NCBI GenBank assembly: GCA_017882785.1
Contig: JADGOV010000004.1
Location: 1,521 to 65,520, forward strand
DNA: 64,000 bases
DNA from: Frankiaceae bacterium
GTDB taxonomy: Bacteria > Actinomycetota > Actinomycetes > JADGOV01
Direction: 5' to 3'
Made by a program: the position numbers and the translations under genes. This document shows, piece after piece, positions 1 to 13,610 of the stretch (within the stretch, counting starts at the first letter, position 1; every line of letters starts with the position of its first letter). The notes under the pieces were generated by a model that made no database searches, was not told the DNA's origin, and saw only the letters and a list, made by a program, of their open reading frames with translations.

Positions 1-439
1 AGAACCGCTCCCCCGCCACACCGGAGAAGAGCCGGGACTCCGGCGGCGGCCTGAGCGTGTTCCACCCCATGTGCGGCAACACCGGGGCGACCAGCCGGGT
101 CACGTCGCCGGGCAGGACACCGACCCCGTCGGAGAGCACGCCGTGCTCGTCCCCGCGGGTGAAGAGCACCTGCATGCCGACACAGATGCCGAGCACTGGC
201 CGCCCGAGTCGCTTCCGCTCCTGGATGAGCCGGACGCCGTCGACCCCCTTCAGTCCGCTCATGCAGGCGGCGAAGGCCCCTACCCCCGGGACGAGCAGGC
301 CGTCCGCCCGCAGCGCCTCCTCGGTCGACGCCGTCACGGTGACCGCACCGCCGGCCCGGGCCACCGCCCGCTCCGCCGAGCGCAGGTTGCCGGAGCCGTA
401 GTCCAACACGACGATGGTCGGCCGCACCCCGGCCGTCAC
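1..439 (-). CDS. hisH: imidazole glycerol phosphate synthase glutamine amidotransferase subunit (3' end runs off the window)
   Basis: Manual translation from GTG at 439: [13 protein letters not shown]...PGVGAF...LGICVGMQ...PHMGWN. Lies downstream of hisB. Confidence 0.95.
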   Translation of the reverse strand, partial: MTAGVRPTIVVLDYGSGNLRSAERAVARAGGAVTVTASTEEALRADGLLVPGVGAFAACMSGLKGVDGVRLIQERKRLGRPVLGICVGMQVLFTRGDEHGVLSDGVGVLPGDVTRLVAPVLPHMGWNTLRPPPESRLFSGVAGERF

Positions 440-609
440 GACAACTCCCCCATCCGGTTCAGTGCGAGAAACAGGAGGAGCGCGGCCACGGCCGCCATCA
501 GCACGGCCAGGAACCATCCTTTCCGGCTGCGGTTGGTACGCCGCACCACAGCCATCGCGCCGCCGGTGAGGAAGCCGGCGGCGCCGAGGAGGAAGAGCAA
601 GGTGCCCAC
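436..609 (-). CDS. 57-aa two-TM small membrane protein
   Basis: Manual translation [60 protein letters not shown] directly follows the hisB TAG, and the stop overlaps the hisH start (GTGA). Not in the ORF track. Confidence 0.75.
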   Translation of the reverse strand: MGTLLFLLGAAGFLTGGAMAVVRRTNRSRKGWFLAVLMAAVAALLLFLALNRMGELS

Positions 610-3562
<2,953 letters not shown>

Positions 3563-3671
3563 GTACGGCTCCTCAGCGGTGCGTGTCCCAGTGCGGATGG
3601 GCGTTGGGTGTCGGGGCGATACGGGACGGCGGTGCAGCCCCGGGTCGAGATTACCGCCGTACGCTGCACGC

Positions 3672-4361
3672 ATGACCGCCGGTCAGACCACGAGGCTGCC
3701 GCTGTTCCCCCTCGGCAGCGTCCTGTTCCCGGGTCTCGTGCTGCCGCTGCACATCTTCGAGGACCGCTACCGACGGCTGGTTCGGGAACTACTCACCCAG
3801 CCCGAAGGCACCCGACGTTTCGGTGTCGTGGCGATTCGGTACGGCGCGGAGGCGGGGCAGCGCGAGCCGGTGCTCTACGAGATCGGTTGCACCGCCGAAC
3901 TGCGCCGGATCGACCCGTTGGCGGACGGCCGGTTCAACATCGTCGCGGTGGGCGGGAGTCGCTTCCGGGTCCATGCGGTCGACCCGTCGCGCCCGTACCT
4001 GGTGGGCGACGTGGAAGAACTGGCGGAGGAGGCCGGCGACCCGGCCGTGGCCACCGTGCTCGCCCAGCGCCTGCACCGCCTCTTCGCCGACTACCTCGAG
4101 GCGCTCGGCGAACTGCGAGCACCGAATGAGGATCCACCCGGGTCTCCGGACCTACCGCTGGACCCCGTGCAGCTCTCCCACCTCGTGCCGGCGGTGGCCC
4201 TACTCGACATCGCCGACAAGCAGCGCCTGCTCGCGGAACTGGACGCTGTGTCGCGCCTGCGCGCCGCGCTGGGGATCCTCGCCCGGGAGCGGACGGTGGT
4301 CACCCTCCTGCACGCCGTCCCGGCGCCGGAGCTCCTCCAGGTCCCTCGCAGCGCCAACTGA
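3672..4361 (+). CDS. LON peptidase substrate-binding (LON-N) domain protein
   Basis: [25 protein letters not shown]...GCTA...DGRF...KQRLL; no ATPase or protease domain. Confidence 0.9.
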   Translation: MTAGQTTRLPLFPLGSVLFPGLVLPLHIFEDRYRRLVRELLTQPEGTRRFGVVAIRYGAEAGQREPVLYEIGCTAELRRIDPLADGRFNIVAVGGSRFRVHAVDPSRPYLVGDVEELAEEAGDPAVATVLAQRLHRLFADYLEALGELRAPNEDPPGSPDLPLDPVQLSHLVPAVALLDIADKQRLLAELDAVSRLRAALGILARERTVVTLLHAVPAPELLQVPRSAN

Positions 4362-4406
4362 GGATCCGCCGGCGACTGCGGCGTCAGCCCTCCTGGGCCT
4401 TCGGAC

Positions 4407-4916
4407 TCACTCCGACGTGTCTGCGGACCGGCCTTGCAGCGTGGCCTGGAAGCGGCGGGCCGCCTCGGTGAGCGCCTTCTGCTGCTCCTCGAACGCCTCC
4501 TGCAGCCGGCCGACAGCGTCGAGGACGGCGTGCTCCTGCTCCTCGAAGGCCGCCTTCAGGCGGTGGGCGATCTCCGAGGACCCGACGTTGGACTGCACCG
4601 CGGACTGCAGCCGCTCCACCGCCTCCTCGACCGCCTTCTGTTGTTCGGCGAATACCGACTGCAGCCGCTGGCTCACGTCGCTCCCCTGCAACCGTTCGGC
4701 GGCTTCGGCGACCGCTCGTTCCTGAGCCTCGAAGACAGACTGGATCTTGGCGAGGACCTCACCAGGCTGCAGTCGGCTGATGACCTCGGTAACCATCTTC
4801 TGTTGCGCCTCGAAGATCGGCTGGAGTCGGGTCGCCTCGAAGAACGCCTGGAAGCGCGCGGAGATGTCATCCTGGAAGGTCCCGCTGGAGCTCGACTCAC
4901 TCGACTTTTCGGCCAC
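4407..4916 (-). CDS. hypothetical protein of repeated amphipathic helices
   Basis: Five imperfect repeats of the form LQxxFExQxxAVxEAxxRLQ; purine-rich RBS-like GAAAGGGG upstream. Confidence 0.75.
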   Translation of the reverse strand: MAEKSSESSSSGTFQDDISARFQAFFEATRLQPIFEAQQKMVTEVISRLQPGEVLAKIQSVFEAQERAVAEAAERLQGSDVSQRLQSVFAEQQKAVEEAVERLQSAVQSNVGSSEIAHRLKAAFEEQEHAVLDAVGRLQEAFEEQQKALTEAARRFQATLQGRSADTSE

Positions 4917-5414
4917 CGGGGGCCCCTTTCGGTGTCAGCGGCTCAGGCCCGGCGCACTGGTCGGCACCGGATTGTCCCGCCAGCCTGGCACGCCCGGAAC
5001 GTCCGGGACGATCCGGGGGGGCGTCGACCTGCACCCGGACTCGAGTGGGCGTTCCGCGACGGCAAGATCTGCTATTACCGCGGTTCGTTGGATGCCCGTT
5101 CAGTCGGCCGCCCGTCGGAGAACCGTGAACGTGATGTTACGTTGCGTCATTACCGCTGCGTGGACGGGCGGACCCAGAGATGCTTAAACGCATGAATGTG
5201 GCACGCTTGGCCACCGGGATCCGCAGCGTCTGCGGCCTGCCCTCGCGGGCCGTGCGCAGGTGCATCGCCATCAGCCAGTTCATCAGCTGCGGCGAAGCCC
5301 GGTCGGCGTTGGTGTCGGCGCGGCCTGTCGACGTCGGCGGCCGCCACGGGGCGGCGACGCGGGCGACACCTCTGCGCTTCGACGGGTAGCCGGGCACTCC
5401 GCGAACTGGGCAGC

Positions 5415-6071
5415 TCAGCTCTCGGTCGCCTGGCTCATCCAGACCACGATGTCCAGCGCACGCAGCGGGGTCAGCGTCGGCCCGTCCGCCGGCGCCAACG
5501 CGGTGAGCTCGGCGAACGCAGTCGGGTTGGCCTGCAGGTCCTCGCGCATGGCCAGCGTGAGCTGGCGCAGGTAGTCCTCCCAGCAGTGCTCCTGCCGGTT
5601 GATCAGCACACACCCCGCGTCGCGGTAGAACGTGAACACCCGGGAGTCCCAGACCGGGATGAGACCGGGCCGCTTGCGGTGCAGCACCTTCGCCACCAGC
5701 GACGGCTTGATGTCGGCGGTGTCCACGTGTTCATCGTCCAGCACCGCCCAGAGCGCGGCCACGGCGTCGCAGTCGGCGTCAGTAGCCTGCGCCAGGTGCG
5801 CCACCGAGGGCAGGGCGGCTAGCGCCTCCTGCAGCGGCTGCTGCATCGAGACCAGTCCGGCCATGACGTCGGCGTCGACCGGCGCGCCGAGAAGGGCCGG
5901 AGCCAGGTAGTCCCCGGTCACCAGCACGTCCGGTCGCCCGTTGGTCACCAGGCTGTCGTAGAACGGCCAGGAGAAACGGCGCTTGCGTGGACGGGCCACA
6001 TCCAGGTAGTCCTCGACGAGGCTCGTCGGGTCGAACAGTTCACGGGTACCGCGGGCCAGGATGAGCGTCAC
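5415..6071 (-). CDS. DUF6308-like protein
   Basis: KVLHRKRPGLIPVWDSRV and TPLRALDIVVWM resemble this family. Confidence 0.7.
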   Translation of the reverse strand: MTLILARGTRELFDPTSLVEDYLDVARPRKRRFSWPFYDSLVTNGRPDVLVTGDYLAPALLGAPVDADVMAGLVSMQQPLQEALAALPSVAHLAQATDADCDAVAALWAVLDDEHVDTADIKPSLVAKVLHRKRPGLIPVWDSRVFTFYRDAGCVLINRQEHCWEDYLRQLTLAMREDLQANPTAFAELTALAPADGPTLTPLRALDIVVWMSQATES

Positions 6072-6181
6072 GGTGTCATTGCATCACGCGCAGGGGCACC
6101 ACGGGTCAGTCCGCCTCGGGTCAGGGACCGTCCGTGCCCCGATGGGCACACGGCGATCTCCCCCGGGAATGGGCGCGGGTC

Positions 6182-6853
6182 CTACATCGGCCAGAGCCGG
6201 CTGATGAACCTCGCAAACCGTTCCTGGCCACTGTCCTGCCAGGACTGCCGAGCCGAGGTCGGCACAGCAGCGAGGAGACGCTTGCGCTGCTCCGGCGTCA
6301 TCTCGTCCTGCACGAGTCCGAAGACCAACCACGGCTGGGCGTCGGGGATGGCGGCCAGTGCGGCCGTACGCAGCTCCGCCCACTCCGCGGCGGACACGAG
6401 GTCCTCGGCCAGCGGTAGGAGATGCTCCTCCTCGTGCTGCAACTGGTCGCTGAGCGGCACGAGTAGAGCGCTCAGTGCCACGGCCAGCGGTACGCCCCGG
6501 TAGATGCTGGGCTCCTCGGTCCAAGAGTCCAGGCAGTCATCGGCGGCCTCCAGTGCCGCTCCCACTGCGTCCTGGTGATCGACGAGCAGCCTCGTCGAGT
6601 CGCTGCTGGTGGGATCCGGCGACAGCCGCGCGCGCAGGCGCCCCCACAGGTACTCCTCCTCCAGGTCGTGGTGGACGTGCAGCAACGCCAGTATGTGTGC
6701 GTAGTACATGGCCACGACGGCGGCCCGGTCGCTGTCCGGGGTCTGGACGCCGCCGACGAGTTGCGGCGCGGCCGCCAGCGCCGTGCGGAACACGTCGTGC
6801 ACGGCGAGGACATCGCGGATCGCGTGCGCGGGCGCGTCAAGAACCTCGGACAC
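6182..6853 (-). CDS. hemerythrin-domain protein
   Basis: HDVFR, HVHHDLEEEYLW, DH and HEEEHLLPL pattern; AGGAG before GTG 6853. Confidence 0.8.
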   Translation of the reverse strand: MSEVLDAPAHAIRDVLAVHDVFRTALAAAPQLVGGVQTPDSDRAAVVAMYYAHILALLHVHHDLEEEYLWGRLRARLSPDPTSSDSTRLLVDHQDAVGAALEAADDCLDSWTEEPSIYRGVPLAVALSALLVPLSDQLQHEEEHLLPLAEDLVSAAEWAELRTAALAAIPDAQPWLVFGLVQDEMTPEQRKRLLAAVPTSARQSWQDSGQERFARFISRLWPM

Positions 6854-6973
6854 GGACACTCCTGGGGAAGGGCTGCCCCGCCGAGACCGGACGGCCGGAA
6901 CGGGTGGTGCTAGACGGGAACTTCGGCACCCGCCCCATCGATCTGTAACAGACCGGGACACGAGCAGCCGGTG

Positions 6974-9900
6974 TCAGCCTCCGCCGATCGCCGCCGAGCC
7001 GAGCAGTGCCTTGAGGTCACCCATCAGCGCCGGCGTGGCGGCCACCCGGAGTCGCTCGTCCAGGCGCAGGCGGGTCGTCGCCGCGCCCGACTGGAGCGCG
7101 AGGTGCACCTCCGTCGTGCCCGGGTGGGTGGCCAGCACCTCCCGGAGCCGGTCGACGACCGGCGGCGTGCACCGGGTGGCCGGCATGGCGATCACGACCG
7201 GGCCGCGCGGGGTGGTGCTCAGATCCGGCAGCGACAGGTCCCTCGCGATGAGCTTGGGCACGTCCTCCCGGCGGTCGACCCGGCCGCGCACGCACACCAC
7301 GGTGTCCTCGGCCAGCAGCGTGCCGTACTGCTCGTAGGTCTGTGGGAAGAACATCACCTCGACGGCGGCCTCGAGGTCTTCCAGGGCGGCCACCGCCCAG
7401 GGCTTGCCGGCCTTGGTCACCCGGCGGGTGATGCTGGACAGGATCCCGGCCACGGTGACCGTCGCGCCGTCGGCCAGCGTGGACTCCTCGAACAGCCGCA
7501 TGCAAGGCGTGTCGGCCACACCGGCGAGCACGTGCTCGACACCGAAGAGGGGGTGGTCGGAGACGTAGAGGCCCAACATCTCACGTTCGAAGGCGAGCAG
7601 ATCACGCTTGTCCCACTCGCCGGCCGGCACGACGACGGCGAACGGACCCGTCTGGAACGGACCGGTGTCGACGCCCTGGTCGTCGGCCGGCTGCTCCGCC
7701 GAGCTGAACAGGTCGAACTGGCCCACGGCCTCCGCCCGTTTGGTGTCCAGGCAGGCGTCGATGGCCTCGGCGTGGATGTGCAGCAGACCGCGCCGGGAGT
7801 GCCCCATCGAGTCGAAGGCGCCCGCCTTGATCAACGACTCGACGACCCGCTTGTTGCAGGCGCAGGGCTCAACCTTGCGGAGGAAGTCAGCGAAGTCGGC
7901 GAACCTCCCCTTGGCCCGTCGGGTGGCGACGACGGAGGCCACGACGTTCTCCCCGACGTTGCGGACGGCAGCCAGTCCGAACCGGATGTCCCCTCCCCGG
8001 GGGGTGAAGTCGCTGTCGGAGTCGTTGACGTCCGGCGGCAGCACCTTGATGCCCATCTTGCGGCACTCGGAGAGGTAGACGGCGCTCTTGTCCTTGTCGT
8101 CCCTGACCGAGGTGAGCAGCGCAGCCATGTATTCCGCGGGGTAGCGAGCCTTGAGGTACGCCGTCCAGTAGGACACCACGCCGTAGCCGGCGGAGTGTGC
8201 CTTGTTGAAGGCGTAGTCGGCGAACGGCACCAACTGCTCGAACAGCGCATCGGCCAACTGCTGGGAGTAGCCCCTGGCCAGCATTCCGTCGACGAACGGG
8301 ACCTTCTCCTTGTCGAGGATCTCGCGCTTCTTCTTGCCCATCGCCCGGCGCAGCATGTCGGCCTGGCCGAGGGTGTAGCCGGCGAGCTGCTGGGCGATGG
8401 TCATCACCTGCTCCTGGTAGACGATCACCCCGTAGGTCTCGCCGAGGATCACCTCCAGGTCCGGGTGGAGGTAGCTCACCGCCCGCCGCCCGTGCTTGCG
8501 TTCGACGTAGTCGATGTGCGCGCCGGCGCCCATCGGCCCCGGCCGGTAGAGCGCGATGAGGGCGGAGATGTCCTCGAACGTGGTCGGCTGCAGCGAGCGC
8601 ATCAGCGACCGCATCGGTCCGCCCTCGAGCTGGAACACGCCGATCGACTCTCCGCGGCACAGCAGTGCGTAGGCCTGCGGGTCGTCGAGGCCGACGTCTT
8701 CCAACACCACCCGCTCGCCCCGGTTGGCTGCGATGTGCTCCAGGCAGTCGTCGAGCACAGTGAGGTTGCGCAGGCCCAGGAAATCCATCTTCAGCAGCCC
8801 GAGGGCCTCACAGGTGCCCATCTCGAACTGGGTGATCACGCAGCCGTCGGCGTCCCGCCGCCAGACCGGGATGTGGTCGGTGAGCGGATCGCGGCAGATG
8901 ACCACACCGGCCGCGTGCACGCCCGCTTGGCGCTTGAGCCCCTCCAGGCCACGCGCCGTCTCCAGCACACTCTTCGCCTCGGCATCGGCCTCGAACGACG
9001 CCCGCAGATCACCGGCCTCCCGGTACCGTTCGGCGTGCGGGTCGAAACAGTCGGCCAGCGACACGTCGCGCCCCATGACCGAAGGCGGCATGAGCTTGGA
9101 CAGCCGGTCCCCGACGGCATAGGGATAGCCGAGCACACGGGCGGAGTCACGGATCGCCTGCTTGCCCTTGATGGTGCCGAAGGTGACAATCTGGGCGACC
9201 CGGTCCTCGCCGTAGGTCTCGGTGGCGTAGCGGATCATGTCGGCCCGGCGGCGCTCGTCGAAGTCCATGTCGATGTCCGGCATCGAGATGCGCTCCGGGT
9301 TGAGGAACCGCTCGAAGATCAGACCGTGCACGAGCGGATCCAGCTCCGTGATGCCCAAGCAGTAGGAGACCGTGCAGCCGGCCGCGCTCCCCCGGCCCGG
9401 ACCGACCCGGATGCCGTTCTCCCTGGCGTGCCGCACGAGATCGGCGACGATGAGGAAGTACGCCGGGAAGCCCATCTGGTTGATCACGGCAATCTCGTAC
9501 TCGACCTGGGCCCGCTGCCGCTCGCTGGGCACCGCCCCCCAGCGGCGGACCATGCCGGCTTCGACCTCGTGGCGGAACCAGGAGTCCTCCGTCTCCCCGG
9601 CGGGCACCGCGAACCGCGGCAGCAGCCGCTGTCCTTCGGGAATGGTGACCGCACAGCGCTCGGCGATGAGCAGGGTGTTGTCACAGGCCTGCGGGAGCTC
9701 GCGCCACACCTCACGCATCTGGGCGGGTGACTTGAGGTAGAACTCCTCGGCGTCGAAGCGGAACCGGCTCGGGTCGGCCAACGTCGCACCGGTCTGCACG
9801 CAGAGCAGCACCTCGTGCGCGACGGCGTCCTCCCGCCGGGTGTAGTGCAGGTCGTTGGTGGCCACCAGCGGCAGGCCGACCTCACCGGCCAGCTCGATCA

Positions 9901-10480
9901 GCTGCCGCTGGGTGGACCGCTCGATCGCCAGCCCGTGGTCCATCAGCTCGACGTAGAAGTTGCCCTCGCCGAAGAGGTCCCGATAGTCCGCCAACACCTG
10001 GCGGGCCGCCGCGCGCTGCCCGGTCTGGAGCAGCCGGTTCACCTCACCGGAGGGACACCCTGAGGTGGCGATCAACCCGTCGGAGTACTCGGCGAGCAGC
10101 TCCCGGTCCATCCGCGGCTTGTAGTAGTACCCCTCCAGGCTCGCCCGGCTGGCCAGCTTGATGAGGTTGCGCCAGCCTTGGTCGTCGGCCGCGAGCAGCG
10201 TCAGGTGGTAGTACTTCTCGTTCTTGACGTCACCGCCGCCGCCGCTCTTGTCATACCGCGACCCGGGCGCCAGGTAGGCCTCAATGCCGAGGATCGGCTT
10301 GACCCCGGCGGCCCGACCGGCGGTGGCGAACTCGTAGGCACCGTGCAGGTTCCCGTGGTCAGTGATCGCGACCGCCGGCATCCCCATCCGGTCGGCCTCG
10401 GCGAACAGGTCCTTCACCCGAGCGGCGCCGTCGAGCATCGAATACTCGCTGTGCACGTGCAGGTGCACGAACGAGTCCAT
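6974..10480 (-). CDS. dnaE: DNA polymerase III alpha subunit (DnaE1)
   Basis: HLHVHSEYS PHP domain, GRGSAAG, PDIDMDF, KMDFLGL, FNKAHS and QFDLF clamp motif; 1168 aa with no intein-sized insert. Confidence 0.98.
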   Translation of the reverse strand: MDSFVHLHVHSEYSMLDGAARVKDLFAEADRMGMPAVAITDHGNLHGAYEFATAGRAAGVKPILGIEAYLAPGSRYDKSGGGGDVKNEKYYHLTLLAADDQGWRNLIKLASRASLEGYYYKPRMDRELLAEYSDGLIATSGCPSGEVNRLLQTGQRAAARQVLADYRDLFGEGNFYVELMDHGLAIERSTQRQLIELAGEVGLPLVATNDLHYTRREDAVAHEVLLCVQTGATLADPSRFRFDAEEFYLKSPAQMREVWRELPQACDNTLLIAERCAVTIPEGQRLLPRFAVPAGETEDSWFRHEVEAGMVRRWGAVPSERQRAQVEYEIAVINQMGFPAYFLIVADLVRHARENGIRVGPGRGSAAGCTVSYCLGITELDPLVHGLIFERFLNPERISMPDIDMDFDERRRADMIRYATETYGEDRVAQIVTFGTIKGKQAIRDSARVLGYPYAVGDRLSKLMPPSVMGRDVSLADCFDPHAERYREAGDLRASFEADAEAKSVLETARGLEGLKRQAGVHAAGVVICRDPLTDHIPVWRRDADGCVITQFEMGTCEALGLLKMDFLGLRNLTVLDDCLEHIAANRGERVVLEDVGLDDPQAYALLCRGESIGVFQLEGGPMRSLMRSLQPTTFEDISALIALYRPGPMGAGAHIDYVERKHGRRAVSYLHPDLEVILGETYGVIVYQEQVMTIAQQLAGYTLGQADMLRRAMGKKKREILDKEKVPFVDGMLARGYSQQLADALFEQLVPFADYAFNKAHSAGYGVVSYWTAYLKARYPAEYMAALLTSVRDDKDKSAVYLSECRKMGIKVLPPDVNDSDSDFTPRGGDIRFGLAAVRNVGENVVASVVATRRAKGRFADFADFLRKVEPCACNKRVVESLIKAGAFDSMGHSRRGLLHIHAEAIDACLDTKRAEAVGQFDLFSSAEQPADDQGVDTGPFQTGPFAVVVPAGEWDKRDLLAFEREMLGLYVSDHPLFGVEHVLAGVADTPCMRLFEESTLADGATVTVAGILSSITRRVTKAGKPWAVAALEDLEAAVEVMFFPQTYEQYGTLLAEDTVVCVRGRVDRREDVPKLIARDLSLPDLSTTPRGPVVIAMPATRCTPPVVDRLREVLATHPGTTEVHLALQSGAATTRLRLDERLRVAATPALMGDLKALLGSAAIGGG

Positions 10481-10612
10481 CAGGGCAGCCTCCTACCGGC
10501 GGGATCGTGCGGGCCGGGGGAAGTCGGCCGTGCTGTGGACTGGGCTTGGCTCTGGGCTCGGGTCTGGGCTGAAAGCTGTGCGGGGGCGTGCACCACGACG
10601 GTAACCGGCGCC

Positions 10613-11554
10613 TCAGCTCTCGGCGCGCAGCTGGGCCAGCGCGTCGGCAAGGTCCGCCGGGAGGGGGCTGAGGTAGGCCACCGGGCGGCCGTCGGAAGGG
10701 TGGGCGAAGCCGAGTCGGGAGGCGTGCAGCCACTGCCGACGGAGGCCGAGCCGCTCGGCCAGTGTGGGGTCCGCCCCATAGGCCAGGTCCCCGACGCAGG
10801 GGTGGCGTACGGCGGCCAGGTGCACCCGGATCTGGTGGGTGCGGCCGGTCTCCAGCCGCACGTCGAGCAGCGAGGCCGCCCGGAAGGCCTCGACGGTGTC
10901 GTAGTGGGTGATGCTGGGCTTGCCGCCGGCAACCACCGCGAACTTGTAGTCGGCGCCGGGATGCCGGCCGATCGGCGCGTCGATGGTGCCGCGCAGCGGA
11001 TCCGGATGGCCCTGCACGAGCGCGGCGTACTGCTTGTCCACGTTCCGGTCGCGGAATGCCGACTTGAGCACCGCGTACGCCCGATCGCTCTTGGCCACGA
11101 CCATCAGGCCGGTGGTGCCGACGTCGAGCCGGTGCACGACACCCTGCCGCTCGGCGGCGCCGCTGACGGCCAACGTATGACCGGCCGCCGCCAACCCGCC
11201 GGTGACGGTGGGTCCGTCCCAGCCGGGACTGGGGTGCGCCGCCACCCCGACCGGCTTGTCCACGACCACCAGGTCCTCGTCCTCGGCGACGACGACCAGG
11301 CCGGGGACGACCGCGGCCGAGGCGACCGCCGCCGGTCGCGGGTCGGGCAGGTCGACCTCCAGCCAGTCCCCGGCACGCACCCGGTCGGACTTGGTCGCCG
11401 TGGCGCCACCGAGGCGAGCCGCGCCGGCGATGACGAGGTCGGCGGCCGCTGTCCTGGACACGCCGAGCAGCCGGACGAGGGCCGCGTCCAGGCGCAGCCC
11501 GTCCAACCCGTCGGGCACCGGCAGCCCCCGGCTGGATCGGCTCGGACTAGACAC
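10613..11554 (-). CDS. RluA/RluD-family pseudouridine synthase
   Basis: S4-like N-terminus, [27 protein letters not shown]. Confidence 0.95.
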   Translation of the reverse strand: MSSPSRSSRGLPVPDGLDGLRLDAALVRLLGVSRTAAADLVIAGAARLGGATATKSDRVRAGDWLEVDLPDPRPAAVASAAVVPGLVVVAEDEDLVVVDKPVGVAAHPSPGWDGPTVTGGLAAAGHTLAVSGAAERQGVVHRLDVGTTGLMVVAKSDRAYAVLKSAFRDRNVDKQYAALVQGHPDPLRGTIDAPIGRHPGADYKFAVVAGGKPSITHYDTVEAFRAASLLDVRLETGRTHQIRVHLAAVRHPCVGDLAYGADPTLAERLGLRRQWLHASRLGFAHPSDGRPVAYLSPLPADLADALAQLRAES

Positions 11555-12140
11555 CGGCGTCGGGAGGCTTGGCGTCGGGAGAGGTGGCGTCCGAGGTGCG
11601 CCGGCCGTCCAACCCGACGCCCCGGGCGGACAGCAGCACCGCGCACAGCCCGCCCACGACGATCGCGGAGTCGGCCACGTTGAACACCGGCCAGTGCGGC
11701 AGCTCGATCCAGTCCACGACGTGCCCCCGGAACGGGCCCGGAGCGCGGAACATCCGATCGGCGAGGTTGCCCAGCGCGCCGCCGAGGAGCAGGCCGAGGG
11801 TGACCGCCCAGGCTGTGCTGCTCAGCCGGGAGGCGGTCCGGGCGATGACCACCACCACGGTCAACGCCACAGTGGTGAACACGACGGTCGCGCCGGCTCC
11901 GAGCCCGAACGCGGCGCCGGAGTTTCGGGTCAGGGTGAGGTGCACGGCGCCGCCGAGCAGCCGAACTGGCGCCCGGTCGGCGAGTCGGTCGACTGCCACC
12001 AGCTTGCTGAGCAGGTCCAGCGCGGCCACGCCGACGGCGACCGCGCCGAGGACGACCAGAGCCGCCAGCCGACGGGGAGGACCCTCCGCCGAGGTCGTCT
12101 GGACTGCGGCGGACGGCGGCGGTGCGGTCTTCTTACGCAT
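11547..12140 (-). CDS. lspA: lipoprotein signal peptidase II
   Basis: [33 protein letters not shown]. Confidence 0.95.
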   Translation of the reverse strand: MRKKTAPPPSAAVQTTSAEGPPRRLAALVVLGAVAVGVAALDLLSKLVAVDRLADRAPVRLLGGAVHLTLTRNSGAAFGLGAGATVVFTTVALTVVVVIARTASRLSSTAWAVTLGLLLGGALGNLADRMFRAPGPFRGHVVDWIELPHWPVFNVADSAIVVGGLCAVLLSARGVGLDGRRTSDATSPDAKPPDAGV

Positions 12141-12230
12141 GTCCTGCCCAGTGTCCCTGATCGGCGGACGACGCGGGGCCGCACCTCTAGCCCGGTCCGG
12201 CGACCCGCGTCGCGTGGTCGACGAGGAGCG

Positions 12231-13607
12231 CTACCCCGCGCTGACCGCGCCGAACTCGACCTGTGGCGCAGCCACCCCGCCCTCACGCATGGCGGCGTCG
12301 AGGATGTCGACGAGCTCGTTGCGGGTCGGCCCGGGGCTGGCCGCCGGCCGCCAGCCGGACTCGTAGACGGCGCGGGCCAGGGGCTCGACGGGGTCCAGGC
12401 AGGAGGGCAGACCGCGCATCGTCAGGTAGCCGGGGCTCGCGCGACCGATCCGGGGGTCCACCGAGGCGGCGGACAGGATCAGGTCCGACGGCAGCCGCCG
12501 GGTCAGGTCGACATCGCCTCCCTGCCAGCGGCGGACGAGGTCACCGTCCATGTACGTGTGGTCGAGCACCCAGGGCAGCATGCTGTCCGTGCACCACGCG
12601 TCGAACGGCTCGCCCACCAGCGCGGGGTCGGTCCCGGTGTCGAGCAGGGCGAGCAGCTGTCGGACCTGGAGGAAGGTGGTGGCCAGGCCGCGACCGAAGG
12701 TCGGCGTGGTGGTCGCGACCGCGTCACCGACACTTACGAGTCCGGGCAGCGCCGGCCGCCCGTCGACGCCCCGCTGTCCGCGGTAGGCGTTGCGGAGCGG
12801 ACCGCCCGGAAGCACGTCGGTGACCGGCAGAGCGCGGCCCGGGTCCGTCCACTCGGCAAGCCCTGGAATGGCCCGGCAGGCGGCCTCGAAGGCGGCCGGG
12901 TGGCGCAGGTTCTTCAGGGCCGCATCGGCCGTCGGCCGCACCAGCAACACCGAGAAGTGACCACGCTCGTGCAGGAAGACGATCGTCTGGTAGCCGTCGA
13001 AGTCGGCCTGCCAGGCAAGGGGATTGGCCATCGGCCCCGGCTCGGCCCCCTTGCGCAGGCGGTACTGACGGTCGACGTAGGCCATGCCGCACAGGCCGCC
13101 GACGGTCGAGGGCGCGCGCAGATCGTCGGCGGCCCGGCCTGACCGTCCGGACGCGTCGACCACGAGGTCGGCTTCCAGTCGGGAGCCGTCGACCACGACC
13201 CCGCGGACCCACCCACCCGAGGACAGCACGCCGTCCACGTGTCCCTGCTCGACCGAGAGGCCCGACACGTCGTTTGAGATCGTCCGGAGCGCGCGTTCGA
13301 AGGTTTCCCGGCGGGACCGGTATCCGCCGGGCACCGGTCCGATGCCGGGGAGTTCGAAGGTGATCGGTTCGGCACCGAGCGCCAGCCAGGCGGTGAACGC
13401 CGCCGGCCACTCGTCCTGCAGGACAAGGCCCACCTGCGGCCGGAAGCCGTGCGCGTGGTGGAACTGCATCACCCCGCGGCGGGGCCAGCGTCCGTGGCGC
13501 GGTGGGCCGGCGTCACGGTCCAGGGCGACGACCTCGTGGCCGCGGCCGGCCAGGGCACTACCGACGAGCAGACCCGCCGGGCCGGCTCCGATGATGGCGA
13601 CCCGCAT
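12231..13607 (-). CDS. FAD-dependent oxidoreductase
   Basis: MRVAIIGAGPAG, VVDASGR, VGDA...TPTFGRG; GGAGG 6 nt before ATG 13607. Confidence 0.9.
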   Translation of the reverse strand: MRVAIIGAGPAGLLVGSALAGRGHEVVALDRDAGPPRHGRWPRRGVMQFHHAHGFRPQVGLVLQDEWPAAFTAWLALGAEPITFELPGIGPVPGGYRSRRETFERALRTISNDVSGLSVEQGHVDGVLSSGGWVRGVVVDGSRLEADLVVDASGRSGRAADDLRAPSTVGGLCGMAYVDRQYRLRKGAEPGPMANPLAWQADFDGYQTIVFLHERGHFSVLLVRPTADAALKNLRHPAAFEAACRAIPGLAEWTDPGRALPVTDVLPGGPLRNAYRGQRGVDGRPALPGLVSVGDAVATTTPTFGRGLATTFLQVRQLLALLDTGTDPALVGEPFDAWCTDSMLPWVLDHTYMDGDLVRRWQGGDVDLTRRLPSDLILSAASVDPRIGRASPGYLTMRGLPSCLDPVEPLARAVYESGWRPAASPGPTRNELVDILDAAMREGGVAAPQVEFGAVSAG

Positions 13608-13610
13608 GAC

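Noticed and set aside
4920..5414. Possible small gene or fragment between the helical-repeat gene and DUF6308
   Set aside because: Several short overlapping ORFs, none with a convincing RBS or motif.
6971..9730. 919-aa plus-strand ORF and similar long ORFs (14683-16695, 42418-44964, 21084-22967)
   Set aside because: Antisense shadows of dnaE, ileS, ftsI and the regulator gene, expected in high-GC DNA; no recognisable motifs.
10540..10572. TGGGCT hexamer-like repeats between rluA and dnaE
   Set aside because: Short and degenerate; no supportable function.
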